64,000 nt of DNA, from assembly GCA_027317865.1 (NCBI GenBank), contig DAHVQG010000007.1, positions 58,887 through 122,886 of the forward strand, given 5' to 3'. The DNA comes from Bdellovibrionales bacterium (GTDB lineage: Bacteria; Bdellovibrionota; Bdellovibrionia; Bdellovibrionales; UBA1609). The stretch's first letter is position 1. Each line of letters starts with the position of its first letter. The position numbers and the translations under genes are program-made. The notes beneath the pieces were generated by a model. The model ran no database searches and was not told where the DNA came from. It saw only the letters and a program-made list of their open reading frames with translations. Shown here in pieces: positions 1 to 10,833 of this stretch.

Positions 1-5
1 AAGCA

Positions 6-1700
6 TTGGGCGCAAAAGTTGTTCAAAGCGGCCCGGGGGTCGTAACGGTTAAAGTAACCGGCTCACAGGTTGGCAATTTGGCAAAGATCGACAGCGTCGA
101 ATGGGTTGAAAAGGCACCAAAAATCGGCCTATTGGACTTTGCTCCTGACGGGACCACGCTTCCACCGTCAACTGAAGGCCACCTTTCGCAACTGACCGGA
201 TATGAAACGGGCACGAAAGTTATGAACTTTGATGCCGCTTGGAATGCGGGGCTCAAGGGGCAGGGGCAATTAGTGACTGTTGGTGATACGGGCCTTGATA
301 CAGGTAACCTTGCCACATTATCTCCTGATTTTAGCTCAGTTCTGTATAACGCCATTATTTTTGGAATTGGTTCCAGTACCTGGGGCGATCCGATGGGGCA
401 CGGCACACACGTGTCCGGATCGATTGTTGGCCAAGGCGTTTTATCAAACGGCCTTGTTCACGGTGGCGCGCCCGGAGCGCAACTTCTAATGGAAAGTTTG
501 TGGTCGCAACAATATAAAACGCTCACAACCCCAGATAATTTAGCGACGTTGTTCCAAGATGCATACAATGACGGTTCGCGCGTGCATTCAGATTCATGGG
601 GATCGGTCAACGTGCCCAGCGGAGTTTATGACGCGCAGGCGGCAACATTTGACCAATTCATTTGGCAACATCCAAGTATGGTGATTTTAGTCGCTGCTGG
701 TAACGACGGTGTCGACGCCAATGGCAACGGCCGTGTCGATGCCGATTCGGTGAAATCACCTGGTACGGCCAAAAATATCATTTCGGTTGGCGCATCAAAA
801 AATTATGACCCGAATGAAGGGTTACAGATGCAGGTTGGCGATGCGTGTTTTGTAAATCCAAAAACGGGCAAGTGCTTTGTTGATCCGAAAACGGGCCAAG
901 TCATTCACCAATGGCCTGTTGGTCCGTTAGCGAGCTCATACTTTTCGGACAATCCGGATGGATTGGCGCCGTTCTCGTCGCGCGGCCCGACTGCAGACGG
1001 ACGCATAAAGCCTGATATTGTTGCGCCAGGTACCAACATTCTTTCAGATTGCTCCCAATACCCTGGAGCGAGCACCTTGTGGGGCCGGTTCAACCAGAAC
1101 TACTGCTGGTCAGGTGGCACATCCATGGCTACCCCATTAACTGCAGCAGCAGTGGTTTTGATTCGCCAGTATCTTCAACAGTCGGGAGCGCCATCTCCAT
1201 CAGCCGCTCTTGTAAAAGCTATTCTTTTGCATACCGCCTACGATATGTACCCAGGCGAATTTGGTGCGATCGGAGCTAAAAATGGACAAGAAATCCTGAC
1301 TCCAGCACCTAATGGCGATGAAGGCTTCGGCCGCGTTGATTTGGCCAATGTCATTAATGAGAACATTGAGTTTGTTGATGAAAAAACGGGTGTCGGAACA
1401 GGTCAAGTGATGCGTTACAGTGCGCCGGCAACAACTCGTAAGGTGACGTTGGTTTACACGGATTATCCTGGTTCGCCGACGGCCGCAACGGCGTTGGTTA
1501 ACCACCTCGGTCTTGAAGTTGTGGTGGGCAATCAGGTTTTTCGCACCCACGATAAAGTTGATAACGCTAAGCAGATTGTCATACCTGAGTCAGTTGTTGC
1601 ATCAGCGCATGGGGATGATGAAATTGTCGTGACGGGCACGAACGTTCCGATGGGCAACAGTTACGGCAAGCAGCCTTTTGCACTAGTGTTTTCAAATTAG
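6..1700 (+). CDS. S8 (subtilisin-like, KP-43-type) serine protease, probably 5'-truncated by the window edge
   Basis: Catalytic triad motifs GDTG, HGTHVSG and GGTSMA; oxyanion AAGN; C-terminal beta domain. Confidence 0.92.
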   Translation: MGAKVVQSGPGVVTVKVTGSQVGNLAKIDSVEWVEKAPKIGLLDFAPDGTTLPPSTEGHLSQLTGYETGTKVMNFDAAWNAGLKGQGQLVTVGDTGLDTGNLATLSPDFSSVLYNAIIFGIGSSTWGDPMGHGTHVSGSIVGQGVLSNGLVHGGAPGAQLLMESLWSQQYKTLTTPDNLATLFQDAYNDGSRVHSDSWGSVNVPSGVYDAQAATFDQFIWQHPSMVILVAAGNDGVDANGNGRVDADSVKSPGTAKNIISVGASKNYDPNEGLQMQVGDACFVNPKTGKCFVDPKTGQVIHQWPVGPLASSYFSDNPDGLAPFSSRGPTADGRIKPDIVAPGTNILSDCSQYPGASTLWGRFNQNYCWSGGTSMATPLTAAAVVLIRQYLQQSGAPSPSAALVKAILLHTAYDMYPGEFGAIGAKNGQEILTPAPNGDEGFGRVDLANVINENIEFVDEKTGVGTGQVMRYSAPATTRKVTLVYTDYPGSPTAATALVNHLGLEVVVGNQVFRTHDKVDNAKQIVIPESVVASAHGDDEIVVTGTNVPMGNSYGKQPFALVFSN

Positions 1701-1839
1701 GCTGTGTTGGAAATTTTTTACTATCGAAATGTGTGAAAACAGCGAAAATATTTCAGGCGAGCGACAAATCGTGTCGCCTGAAATTGATAAGTCGTGTCAA
1801 AAATGGTAAATAAGCTCCAACAGTTACTAGGAAGGGTGA

Positions 1840-2331
1840 ATGGCTCAATTCAATATCGGGGACAATGCCGTATATGCGGGGAGCGGTGTCGGCCGAATTA
1901 TAGCGATCGAAACGAAGGAGCTTTGTGGAATTAAGCAAACCTTCTATCGCTTTCAGCTTTTCAATAGCAATGTGTCGGCCCTGGTGCCCGTAAACAGCTC
2001 AGAATCGAAATTGCGCCCGATTATTTCAAAAGATGAGGCGAACCGGGTTGTTTCGATTGTCCGCCGCAAAGACATAAAAATAGACAAACAAACTTGGAAT
2101 CGTCGGTATCGCGAGTACATGGAGAAAATTAAAACGGGCTCGGTGTACGAAATTGCCGAAGTCTTCCGCGACCTATATCTATTGCGAGGCGAAAAAGAAT
2201 TAAGCCATGGCGAAAAAAAGATGCTTGAGCTGGCGCGTGGCTACTTGTTTCGCGAACTTCAGTTGTCTATTGGTGAAGCGAATATGAAAACTGAAGAGGA
2301 TATGGTCCGCTACATTGAATCCGCCGAATAA
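1840..2331 (+). CDS. carD: CarD/CdnL family transcription factor
   Basis: N-terminal FNIGDNAVY..GVGRI CarD/TRCF domain; QTWNRRYR motif. Confidence 0.9.
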   Translation: MAQFNIGDNAVYAGSGVGRIIAIETKELCGIKQTFYRFQLFNSNVSALVPVNSSESKLRPIISKDEANRVVSIVRRKDIKIDKQTWNRRYREYMEKIKTGSVYEIAEVFRDLYLLRGEKELSHGEKKMLELARGYLFRELQLSIGEANMKTEEDMVRYIESAE

Positions 2332-3838
2332 ATCTCAATTAAAAATTCGAACAAGGTTTGCGCCGAGTCCGACCGGTTATTTACATGTTGGGGGCGCGCG
2401 AACGGCGCTTTATTGTTATCTATTTGCCCGCCAGAATGCCGGCGAATTCGTATTACGAGTTGAAGATACCGATGAACAGCGCTCGACCGAAGATTCGATG
2501 CGCCAACAGCTTTCAGATTTGAAATGGCTGGGATACGCCTATCAAGAAGGCGTTGATGCCGACACGCTTAATGATCGTGGCCCGTACGGACCGTACAGGC
2601 AAAGTCAAAGGCTCGCGATTTATCGCGAGTACGCCGATCGGCTTCTCAAAGAAGGCAAAGCGTATTATTGCTTTTTAAGTGACGAAGAAATTGCCGAGCA
2701 GCGTGCGCAAGCTGAGCGCGCTGGTCGCCCACATCAAGTGGTAAGCCCATATCGAAATTGGTCTCTTAAAGATGCTGAAAAGAAAATTGCGGATGGGGGC
2801 GTATCACCTACAGTAAGGTTTCGTGTTTCGGATCTCAATCGCGAGTACAAATTTCGCGATTTAGTGCGGGGTGATGTCACATTCCCGTCGGATATGGTAG
2901 GCGATTTTGTCCTTTTGCGTTCGGGCGGTATGCCAGTTTACAATTTTTGCTGTGTTATCGACGACGCCTTGATGAAGATCTCACATGTTTTACGAGCTGA
3001 AGAACATCTTTCAAATACGCTGCGGCAACTTATGTTGTACGAGGCGCTTGATTTTGAACCACCGCAGTTCGGTCATCTCTCCATTATTTTAGGACCCGAT
3101 CGGCAAAAGCTTTCAAAGCGCCACGGTGCCACGAGCGTTCATGAATACCGTGAGCGGGGCTATTTGCCTGAGGCGCTCAGCAATTTCATTGCACTTCTTG
3201 GCTGGAGCTCGCCAAAAGGGCAAGAAATTCTATCGATGTCCGAGCTAATCGAACAATTTTCACTTGATCGATTGCATCCCGCGGCCGCCGTTTTCGATGA
3301 AGCTAAGCTCAAATGGGTGAATGCCCAACATTTGCGGGCGCTGCCGCACAGTGAATTGTGGAATTTAATTGAACCGTTTCTCACTAGGGCCGGGCTGCAA
3401 ATGCCTGAGGATGCAAATTGGCGCGAACGTTCACTTCAGCTATTTAAAACATCGATGGAAGTCTTGTCAGATGCCGTTGAACTCTACCGGCCTCTGTCGA
3501 TAAGTGGGGCAAATGGCGGATTCACAGTTCACGATGAAGCGCGCGAAACGCTCAGCTGGCCATCGACCGTCAAGGTTGTCGAGGAGTGGCGTAAACAACT
3601 TGAAACAGCTGCGTCGAAAAGTACAAGCGCCTATTTATCAGAAGAGGAATTTGCGACAATTCAAAATAATGTGAAATCAAATTGTGCCGTTAAGGGCAAA
3701 GAACTTTTTATGCCCATTCGTGTGGCGGTTCTAGGTAAGCCCCACGGAGCCGAGTTGAAAATTTTGGTACCGCTCATTGAGAAATCGATTTTAATAGAGC
3801 GTGCGAAAATCGTGCTCGATCATATTCTTCGCGGTTAA
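2315..3838 (+). CDS. gltX: Glutamate--tRNA ligase
   Basis: RTRFAPSPTGYLHVGG (HIGH-like) and KLSKR motifs. Confidence 0.97.
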   Translation: MNPPNKSQLKIRTRFAPSPTGYLHVGGARTALYCYLFARQNAGEFVLRVEDTDEQRSTEDSMRQQLSDLKWLGYAYQEGVDADTLNDRGPYGPYRQSQRLAIYREYADRLLKEGKAYYCFLSDEEIAEQRAQAERAGRPHQVVSPYRNWSLKDAEKKIADGGVSPTVRFRVSDLNREYKFRDLVRGDVTFPSDMVGDFVLLRSGGMPVYNFCCVIDDALMKISHVLRAEEHLSNTLRQLMLYEALDFEPPQFGHLSIILGPDRQKLSKRHGATSVHEYRERGYLPEALSNFIALLGWSSPKGQEILSMSELIEQFSLDRLHPAAAVFDEAKLKWVNAQHLRALPHSELWNLIEPFLTRAGLQMPEDANWRERSLQLFKTSMEVLSDAVELYRPLSISGANGGFTVHDEARETLSWPSTVKVVEEWRKQLETAASKSTSAYLSEEEFATIQNNVKSNCAVKGKELFMPIRVAVLGKPHGAELKILVPLIEKSILIERAKIVLDHILRG

Positions 3839-3862
3839 GGCGTTTAAAATGGGCGCGAGGAA

Positions 3863-5335
3863 TTGAAAATGAGCTTACAAATCTACAACACAATGACGCG
3901 AAAAAAAGAAGTGTTTACGCCACTTGAGCCGGGCCACGTGAAAATGTACGTGTGCGGGCCGACTGTTTATGATTTTTTGCATATCGGGAATTTTTTTGGC
4001 GCAATCTTTTTTAATCTTGTACGTAATTGGCTTGAACGGTCCGGGTATAAGGTCGATTTTGTTTATAATTACACGGATGTTGATGACAAGATCATCAATC
4101 GCGCACGTAAGGACGGGCGGCCGGCCAGCGAAATTGCAGAAACTTATATTACTGAATTTGAAAAAGATTATCGAGCATTGGGGTTAAAAAAGCACACGCA
4201 CAACCCGCGTGTCACCCAGTACATCCCGCAAATAATCGCTTTTATTGAAGATCTCATTCGACGGGGCAAAGCATACGCGGTGGATGGCGATGTATACTTT
4301 GCGGTTACGAGTTTTGACGGATACGGTAAGCTTTCAAATAAAAAATTGGATGAACTGATGACCGGCGTGCGTGTCGATATTAACGAGCACAAGCATCATG
4401 CGGCCGATTTTGCACTTTGGAAGTCCGCAAAACCAGGTGAGCCGGCGTGGCCCTCGCCGTGGGGAGCGGGACGCCCGGGCTGGCATATTGAGTGTTCGTG
4501 TATGGCATCGGCTCTTTTGGGTGAAACGATTGACATTCACGGCGGCGGGTTGGATCTCATTTTTCCGCACCACGAGAATGAAATTGCACAAAGCGAAGGG
4601 CGTACCGGCCATACCTTTGCGCGCTACTGGATGCACAACAATATGCTCGTGTTTTCAAATCAAAAAATGTCGAAATCTCTGGGTAATGTGCGAACCGGCC
4701 GATCGTTTATGGAGGAGTATAATCCTGAAATTTTAAAATTCATGATTCTATCATCTCATTATCGCAGTCACGTCGATTTTTCGCCATCGCAAATCGAAAA
4801 TGCCATCTCGGGTCTTGCGCGATTTTATTCAAGTCTTGCCTTGGCCGATAAACTGAGACAATCAAAATTGCCGCTTGTGCCACTGCCGCATAAATTTGAA
4901 CAGGCGATAGCTAATGCTGATCAAAAAGTGACCGAAGCGCTCAATGACGATTTTAACACTCCGGAGGCAATGGCGGCATTTTACGAACTGATGCATATTT
5001 TCAATTCGTTGTGCCGAACGCCGGGTAAAGTAAAACCGGAGCAAGTGGCGGTCGCTGAGGTTTATTATTCGTGGCTACGCAAACAAGGCGAGTTGATGGC
5101 GCTTTTTCAAGAAGAACCGCACACATTTTTACGATCTTTGGACGACATGATTTTAAATAGAAAAAAACTCGATCGCGCTCAAATTGAAGTTTTGGTAGCC
5201 GAACGCGCAAAAGCCCGCCAAGAAAAAAACTACGCGCGTTCAGATGAATTGCGTCTTGAGCTCACACGAATGGGCGTTTTGGTACAAGACTCAGCCGAAG
5301 GTTCGGTTTGGGAAGTCGACAAATCACAATTGTGA
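3863..5335 (+). CDS. cysS: Cysteine--tRNA ligase (alternative ATG start at 3869)
   Basis: YVCGPTVY, HIGN, GRPGWHIEC, FPHHENE and KMSKS motifs. Confidence 0.97.
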   Translation: MKMSLQIYNTMTRKKEVFTPLEPGHVKMYVCGPTVYDFLHIGNFFGAIFFNLVRNWLERSGYKVDFVYNYTDVDDKIINRARKDGRPASEIAETYITEFEKDYRALGLKKHTHNPRVTQYIPQIIAFIEDLIRRGKAYAVDGDVYFAVTSFDGYGKLSNKKLDELMTGVRVDINEHKHHAADFALWKSAKPGEPAWPSPWGAGRPGWHIECSCMASALLGETIDIHGGGLDLIFPHHENEIAQSEGRTGHTFARYWMHNNMLVFSNQKMSKSLGNVRTGRSFMEEYNPEILKFMILSSHYRSHVDFSPSQIENAISGLARFYSSLALADKLRQSKLPLVPLPHKFEQAIANADQKVTEALNDDFNTPEAMAAFYELMHIFNSLCRTPGKVKPEQVAVAEVYYSWLRKQGELMALFQEEPHTFLRSLDDMILNRKKLDRAQIEVLVAERAKARQEKNYARSDELRLELTRMGVLVQDSAEGSVWEVDKSQL

Positions 5336-5376
5336 TATGATGCTGCTGTGACTAATAATGCACGCGGCGAGCGCAC

Positions 5377-7455
5377 ATGAAACAAAAAAAGAAATTTAAG
5401 CTGGTGAGTGATTATGCTCCCACCGGCGATCAGCCGAATGCGATAAAGCAAATCCTCGAGCATATCGGGCAAGGAATCGATCATCAGACTCTTTTGGGCG
5501 TCACCGGTTCGGGCAAAACCTTTACAATGGCAAACGTGATCGAGCAATTGGGTTTGCCAACATTGGTGCTGGCGCCGAATAAAACTTTAGCCGCGCAACT
5601 TTTTGTTGAGCTGAAGGAGTTCTTTCCGGCAAATGCGGTGGAATATTTTGTTTCTTATTACGACTATTATCAACCTGAAGCGTACATTCCGTCGACCAAC
5701 ACGTTCATCGAAAAAGATTCGGCAATCAACGAGCAAATCGATCTTATGCGCCACTCGGCGACGCGCTCGCTTTTTTCTCGAGAAGACGTTGTGATCGTAA
5801 GTTCCGTGTCGTGCATTTACGGCATAGGCAGCGCTGAAGAGTATGAGACGATGACGATTCGCTTGAAGGTCAATGCGAAGATGAGGCGCGACGATTTCTT
5901 GCGCGAGCTAGTGAAAATTCAATATCGCCGAAAAGACATCGATTTTCATCGGGGAGCGTTTCGCGTGCGCGGAGATGTGGTCGAAGTGCATCCGGCCTAC
6001 GAAGAAGATCGCGTAATTCGCGTGGAGTTCTTTGGCGACTTTATTGATAAGCTTTCGTGGGTCGATCCGCTTAAGGGCGAAAAAATTGAAAGCTTGAACG
6101 ACATTGAGATTTTTCCGGGCAGTCACTATGTGACGTCGGCACAGCGAATAAAGACCGCGATTGAAACAATTCGCGATGAACTGCGCGAGCGCATCCAATA
6201 TTATCGCGAACAGATGATGCCGGTCGAAGCCGAGCGCATCGAACAGCGCACGCTTCTTGATCTCGAAATGCTTGCCGAGATGGGTTTTTGCTCGGGTATC
6301 GAGAATTATTCGCGGCACCTGACCGGTCGAGCGCCGGGTGAGCCGCCACCGACGCTTATTGAATATTTTCCGCGCGATTTTTTGACGATTATTGACGAAA
6401 GCCACGTTACCGTACCGCAAATCGGTGGCATGTTTCGCGGTGATCGCGCCAGAAAACAAACGCTTGTTCAGTATGGATTTCGTTTACCCTCGGCCCTTGA
6501 TAATCGCCCGCTTAATTTTCAAGAATTTGAAAAAATGATGAATAAAGTCGTTTATGTATCGGCGACACCCGGCGAGTACGAACTGAAAAAAAGCGGCGGT
6601 CTTCTTGTGGAGCAAATTATCAGACCGACCGGGTTGCTCGATCCGATTGTTGAAGTAAGGCCCGTTGCCTATCAAGTTGACGATTTATTAAAGGAGATCC
6701 GCGATCGCGCGAAAAAGAAAGAGCGGGTTCTTATCACAACGCTGACGAAACGGTCTGCTGAAGATCTTAGCGAATATTACGAGTCGTTGGGCGTGAAGGT
6801 AAAGTATCTGCACTCGGACATTGACACTCTCGAGCGGACTGAAATTTTGCGCGATCTGCGACTGGGTATTTTTGACGTCTTGATCGGCATCAACCTTTTG
6901 CGCGAAGGCCTTGATTTGCCTGAGGTGAGCCTAGTCGCGATTACCGACGCCGATAAAGAAGGTTTTCTGCGCTCCGAACGTTCGCTAATTCAAACAATTG
7001 GGCGCGCGGCAAGAAACGCCAATGGGCGCGTAATTTTATATGCCGATCACATCACCGACTCTATGAAACGCGCAATGGACGAGACGGCCAGGCGACGTAC
7101 GATTCAGCAAAAATATAATGAAGAGCATGGAATTACGCCCAAAACGATTCGTAAAAAAATTCAAGGTGACTTAACCGAAGTTTACGGATTTGAGCTTGTC
7201 GAAGAGAAGATCAAAGGGGCGAATAATAAAATATCGTCTCATATAGAAAAATTTAAAGGTGATGCCAAACGTGTCAACCTCGAGATCGAAAAGTTAAGAG
7301 CGAAAATGAAAAAACTTTCGGCGAATCTCGAATTTGAAGAAGCGGCTAAAGTCAGAGATGAGATCAAGCGGCTGGAGCTAATTGAGCTTGGACTTCGCGA
7401 CGGAGAGGTCGACCATCTAATGGCGGCGGTAGTGGGCAAGGGCCAGGTTGAATAA
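5377..7455 (+). CDS. uvrB: Excinuclease ABC subunit B
   Basis: [23 protein letters not shown]-terminal UVR domain. Confidence 0.98.
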   Translation: MKQKKKFKLVSDYAPTGDQPNAIKQILEHIGQGIDHQTLLGVTGSGKTFTMANVIEQLGLPTLVLAPNKTLAAQLFVELKEFFPANAVEYFVSYYDYYQPEAYIPSTNTFIEKDSAINEQIDLMRHSATRSLFSREDVVIVSSVSCIYGIGSAEEYETMTIRLKVNAKMRRDDFLRELVKIQYRRKDIDFHRGAFRVRGDVVEVHPAYEEDRVIRVEFFGDFIDKLSWVDPLKGEKIESLNDIEIFPGSHYVTSAQRIKTAIETIRDELRERIQYYREQMMPVEAERIEQRTLLDLEMLAEMGFCSGIENYSRHLTGRAPGEPPPTLIEYFPRDFLTIIDESHVTVPQIGGMFRGDRARKQTLVQYGFRLPSALDNRPLNFQEFEKMMNKVVYVSATPGEYELKKSGGLLVEQIIRPTGLLDPIVEVRPVAYQVDDLLKEIRDRAKKKERVLITTLTKRSAEDLSEYYESLGVKVKYLHSDIDTLERTEILRDLRLGIFDVLIGINLLREGLDLPEVSLVAITDADKEGFLRSERSLIQTIGRAARNANGRVILYADHITDSMKRAMDETARRRTIQQKYNEEHGITPKTIRKKIQGDLTEVYGFELVEEKIKGANNKISSHIEKFKGDAKRVNLEIEKLRAKMKKLSANLEFEEAAKVRDEIKRLELIELGLRDGEVDHLMAAVVGKGQVE

Positions 7456-7764
7456 AATGAAAATTCCAAGCGCCATGGCCAAAGACCCTTGAACGAGAAA
7501 GTCTCGGTCACCTCCGTATGCATATTCAAGAAGCCATGCTGCGTAGGCGGTGATACCGACACCGGTTACTAAAATCATAGATTTTTTAATTACTTTGGTT
7601 TTAAGCCCCAAGATTATCGGGTACTGATCGATTATAAGCCAAAATGCGACCGCAAGAGGTAAGGCGCAAAGACTTATGCTCCATAGAACGCTGTGTTTCG
7701 CAACAAAGAGGCAACAGAATAGAACAGCTGAACCGGAATAAATTAAAATACGTTTTGTTTTCAT
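7417..7764 (-). CDS. Small hypothetical membrane protein convergent with uvrB
   Basis: 115-aa ORF with about four hydrophobic segments; occupies the AT-rich uvrB-uvrC gap. Confidence 0.5.
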   Translation of the reverse strand: MKTKRILIYSGSAVLFCCLFVAKHSVLWSISLCALPLAVAFWLIIDQYPIILGLKTKVIKKSMILVTGVGITAYAAWLLEYAYGGDRDFLVQGSLAMALGIFILFNLALAHYRRH

Positions 7765-8019
7765 CCTTGAGATCCTCTACTTTTGAACCAATTAGATGCG
7801 CATTTCCTTCTGCGCATGAAATCAAACTTATTTAACTAGATCTTCTAACTATGCAAGTTTGCAACCGGCGGGCCAAACAGGACCGGTACAGATTCGAGAA
7901 AAGTTAGTAGAAATTGTCAATAACTTGGACAGTCGATAAGGACTATATGAGTATGGATTTGGCGCCATGTTTTGCCACATTTTACGCGAGAAAGGTACTG
8001 CTGACATCGCCTGGACGCG

Positions 8020-9912
8020 ATGGCATACTCCCATACGATGACCACAACACGAATTGAAACCCTAAGGGCACGGGTTCGAGAACTACCGAATCATTCCGGA
8101 GTGTATTTGATGAAATCGCACTCCGAAAAAGTGATTTATGTCGGCAAAGCGAAAGATTTACGAGCGCGCGTGCGTTCGTATTTTCAAGATCAAAAGAACG
8201 TGAGCCCAAAAACGCAATATCTTGTCGCGCAAATTGAACACATCGATTATATAATTACAAAGACAGAAGTAGAAGCTTTTTTGCTCGAAGCGTCGCTCAT
8301 CAAAAAATATAAGCCACGCTACAATATTCGGCTCAAAGATGACAAAGCTTACCCGTATATTCGGGTGAGTATGCCCGATGACTATCCGCGATTTTATTTA
8401 TTTCGCAAAGTCAAAGCGGATGGCGCTCTTTATTTCGGGCCCTATACATCCGGGCTTTTCGTACGTGAAACAATTCGATTTTTAAATCGCACGTTTCGTA
8501 TACGCGATTGCACTGATGGTTTTATGAGAGCGCGCACGAGACCGTGTTTGACTTATCAAATCGGCAGATGCTCCGGGCCATGCGTGAAGCTCGTCGACAA
8601 AGAAGCATATGGGTTGGATGTCGAAAATGCGCTCGACTTTCTACGCGGCCGCAACAAAAAACTAATTTTGGAGCTGAGCAAGAAAATGAAAGAGGCGGCT
8701 GCGGGTGAGAGATTCGAAGCGGCAGCGAAACTTCGCGATAGTGTTGAGGCGATACGCGCGATTTTAGAAAAGCAAATTGTGGTGAGTCGCAAAGAGGATC
8801 TCGACCAAGACGTTATCGCATTTTTTGGCGATGAACGAGGTACTCTTATTGAGACATTGCATATTCGTGCCGGCCGAGTGATAGGCAACCGCTCACAGTT
8901 TGTCCCCAAATTGAATCCCAAATCAGATGATGAAGATCCTAAGGAGTGGATGACTTCTTTTCTGAATCAGTATTACGCCGAAAACGTGGTTCCGGACCAA
9001 ATTGTTCTGCCCGTCGACTTAAGCGACGACATTTACAAACTTATGCGCGAAGTGTTTGTAAGCCGCAAACAAAAGCCGGCGCAGTTTATTCATGCGCTTG
9101 ACCGAGAACAAAAGAATTTAATGGAAATGGCCGAAAAAAATGCGCAAAGCCACTTTCAGGATCACGTCAATAAACAAACGAATATCAATCGGATTCTTGA
9201 AGAAATTCAAGCGAAGTTTCATCTACGTACATTACCATTGCGTATGGAGTGTTTTGATATATCGAATTTTCAAGGTGAAGAAAACGTCGCTTCGCAAGTT
9301 GTTTTTGAAGAAGGTCAACCGAAACGCAGCGATTATAGACGGTATAAAATCCGAACGGTTGAAGGGTCGAACGATTTTGCGTCGATGAAAGAGGTTTTAG
9401 AAAGAAGATTTCGTCACACCGAATACGATGATCCACAACTTGTTGTGATTGACGGTGGCAAAGGGCAACTCGGGATGGCGCTCAAAGCGCTCAAAGAACT
9501 GGGACGCGAAGATATTCCGTGTGTCGGGCTTGCTAAGGCCCGCGCCGAAGGTGAATTTCACGATCAAGATGTGCGCCACTCTGAAGAGCGATTTTTCTTA
9601 CCCGGGCGGTCAAACCCGGTGATGTTTTCATCTAACAGTGAAGGGCTTAAAATTTTGGTGGCTTTGCGCGATGAGGCGCATCGCTTTGCCATCACCTACC
9701 ATCGAAAATTGCGCGACGAAGCTCTTTTTCACAGCGAACTTGATGAGATTAGTGGTCTCGGAGAGACGCGAAAGACGGCGCTTCTCAAGCACTTTGGGTC
9801 AGTCGAAGCGATTGCGCTGGCTAGCTTCGACGAAATTGCTTCTATCCCAGGGATGAATAAAACGGTTGCGAAATCCGTAGTTGAAGCATTGAACAAATCA
9901 CGAAGCCGATGA
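8020..9912 (+). CDS. uvrC: Excinuclease ABC subunit C
   Basis: GIY-YIG domain (GVYLM..IYVGKAK), Cys cluster, ECFDISN, IDGGKGQ, RDEAHRFA, HhH. Confidence 0.97.
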   Translation: MAYSHTMTTTRIETLRARVRELPNHSGVYLMKSHSEKVIYVGKAKDLRARVRSYFQDQKNVSPKTQYLVAQIEHIDYIITKTEVEAFLLEASLIKKYKPRYNIRLKDDKAYPYIRVSMPDDYPRFYLFRKVKADGALYFGPYTSGLFVRETIRFLNRTFRIRDCTDGFMRARTRPCLTYQIGRCSGPCVKLVDKEAYGLDVENALDFLRGRNKKLILELSKKMKEAAAGERFEAAAKLRDSVEAIRAILEKQIVVSRKEDLDQDVIAFFGDERGTLIETLHIRAGRVIGNRSQFVPKLNPKSDDEDPKEWMTSFLNQYYAENVVPDQIVLPVDLSDDIYKLMREVFVSRKQKPAQFIHALDREQKNLMEMAEKNAQSHFQDHVNKQTNINRILEEIQAKFHLRTLPLRMECFDISNFQGEENVASQVVFEEGQPKRSDYRRYKIRTVEGSNDFASMKEVLERRFRHTEYDDPQLVVIDGGKGQLGMALKALKELGREDIPCVGLAKARAEGEFHDQDVRHSEERFFLPGRSNPVMFSSNSEGLKILVALRDEAHRFAITYHRKLRDEALFHSELDEISGLGETRKTALLKHFGSVEAIALASFDEIASIPGMNKTVAKSVVEALNKSRSR

Positions 9913-9935
9913 TTTTGACAGTAATACAGTAATAT

Positions 9936-10190
9936 TTAATGCAGTTGATGTGTCGCTTGGCGTACGCGAATGTGGCAGCTTTCGCATGAAGCCTCTTCGC
10001 GAACCTCTTGATTTACAAAATGGGTGACATTTGTAAGTAGGAGTTCACTGCCGCAAAGTGGGCAATTGTGATGGTCATCAAGAAATGCCGCCTGCCAATC
10101 GATAGGTTCAATGGTCAAATTACCGGGCTCGGTGGTCGCGTGTTTGTGTTCAAAGATGGTTTCAGTTCTTGTCGATTTCTTTGGCTCCAT
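9936..10190 (-). CDS. Small Zn-ribbon protein
   Basis: CPLC...CESC; GAGGAG SD upstream; preceded by a sigma28-like promoter. Confidence 0.7.
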   Translation of the reverse strand: MEPKKSTRTETIFEHKHATTEPGNLTIEPIDWQAAFLDDHHNCPLCGSELLLTNVTHFVNQEVREEASCESCHIRVRQATHQLH

Positions 10191-10286
10191 GCGAAGGCTC
10201 CTCTATTTTGCCCCTCACAACTGGCTCGCGACGATCAACATCGTGCGCCGGATATGGGGCGGCTTGCGTTACCCTGTGCTGAGTTC

Positions 10287-10313
10287 TGTTCGGCATTTCG
10301 CGTATCAACTTGA
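10287..10313 (-). promoter_or_regulatory. Putative sigma28 (FliA) promoter
   Basis: Minus strand TCAAG-N14-GCCGAACA, about 100 nt upstream of the 10190 start. Confidence 0.55.
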
Positions 10314-10362
10314 GACATTTTTAGTTGTTCCACTTCAGGAGTGGCGGTACTTTCATCTAGGT

Positions 10363-10833
10363 ATGGGCGAAAATCTAGCGAGCGGTGAACATCCGGCAAT
10401 AGTTTATCTGCGTGACGTTTTAGGCGTACGAACGGTACCGAAATCCGCCCTTGGGTCTTCGACTTCGGGCTTGCCCGTCATGCGGGTCGATGAGGAATGC
10501 GACGTGACGGTTCAGACTTTCAGGCCGCTGAACAGCGAAGAAAAAAGGCTTGCCGAGAAAATGCTCGCGGCAATCGACTGTCACAAGATTTTATGGCGGC
10601 AGGGTCGGCAAATCGATTTCACCTCATTGACGGAGAATCAGAGCCGCCGAGGGTTGATCGTATTCGGCAATCTTGAGAAGCCCGGTGGTTCGGATTCAAG
10701 TCTCGGAATGGTTTTTCTGCAACTACCGGATCTTGCCGAATTTTTTGGCGCCGATTCTAAAGTTCACGATCTTAAGAAATCGGCGTGGGAGAAGTTGAAA
10801 AGATTCAAACAGGCAATCGAAAATGAAAAATGA
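10363..10833 (+). CDS. Hypothetical protein (likely start ATG 10363 within ORF 10111..10833)
   Basis: ORF overlaps the nfeD start, suggesting an operon; the upstream part of the long ORF overlaps the opposite-strand gene and promoter. Confidence 0.6.
   Translation: MGENLASGEHPAIVYLRDVLGVRTVPKSALGSSTSGLPVMRVDEECDVTVQTFRPLNSEEKRLAEKMLAAIDCHKILWRQGRQIDFTSLTENQSRRGLIVFGNLEKPGGSDSSLGMVFLQLPDLAEFFGADSKVHDLKKSAWEKLKRFKQAIENEK

Noticed and set aside
10111..10362. N-terminal extension of ORF 10111..10833
   Set aside because: It overlaps the opposite-strand Zn-ribbon gene and its promoter; ATG 10363 is more plausible
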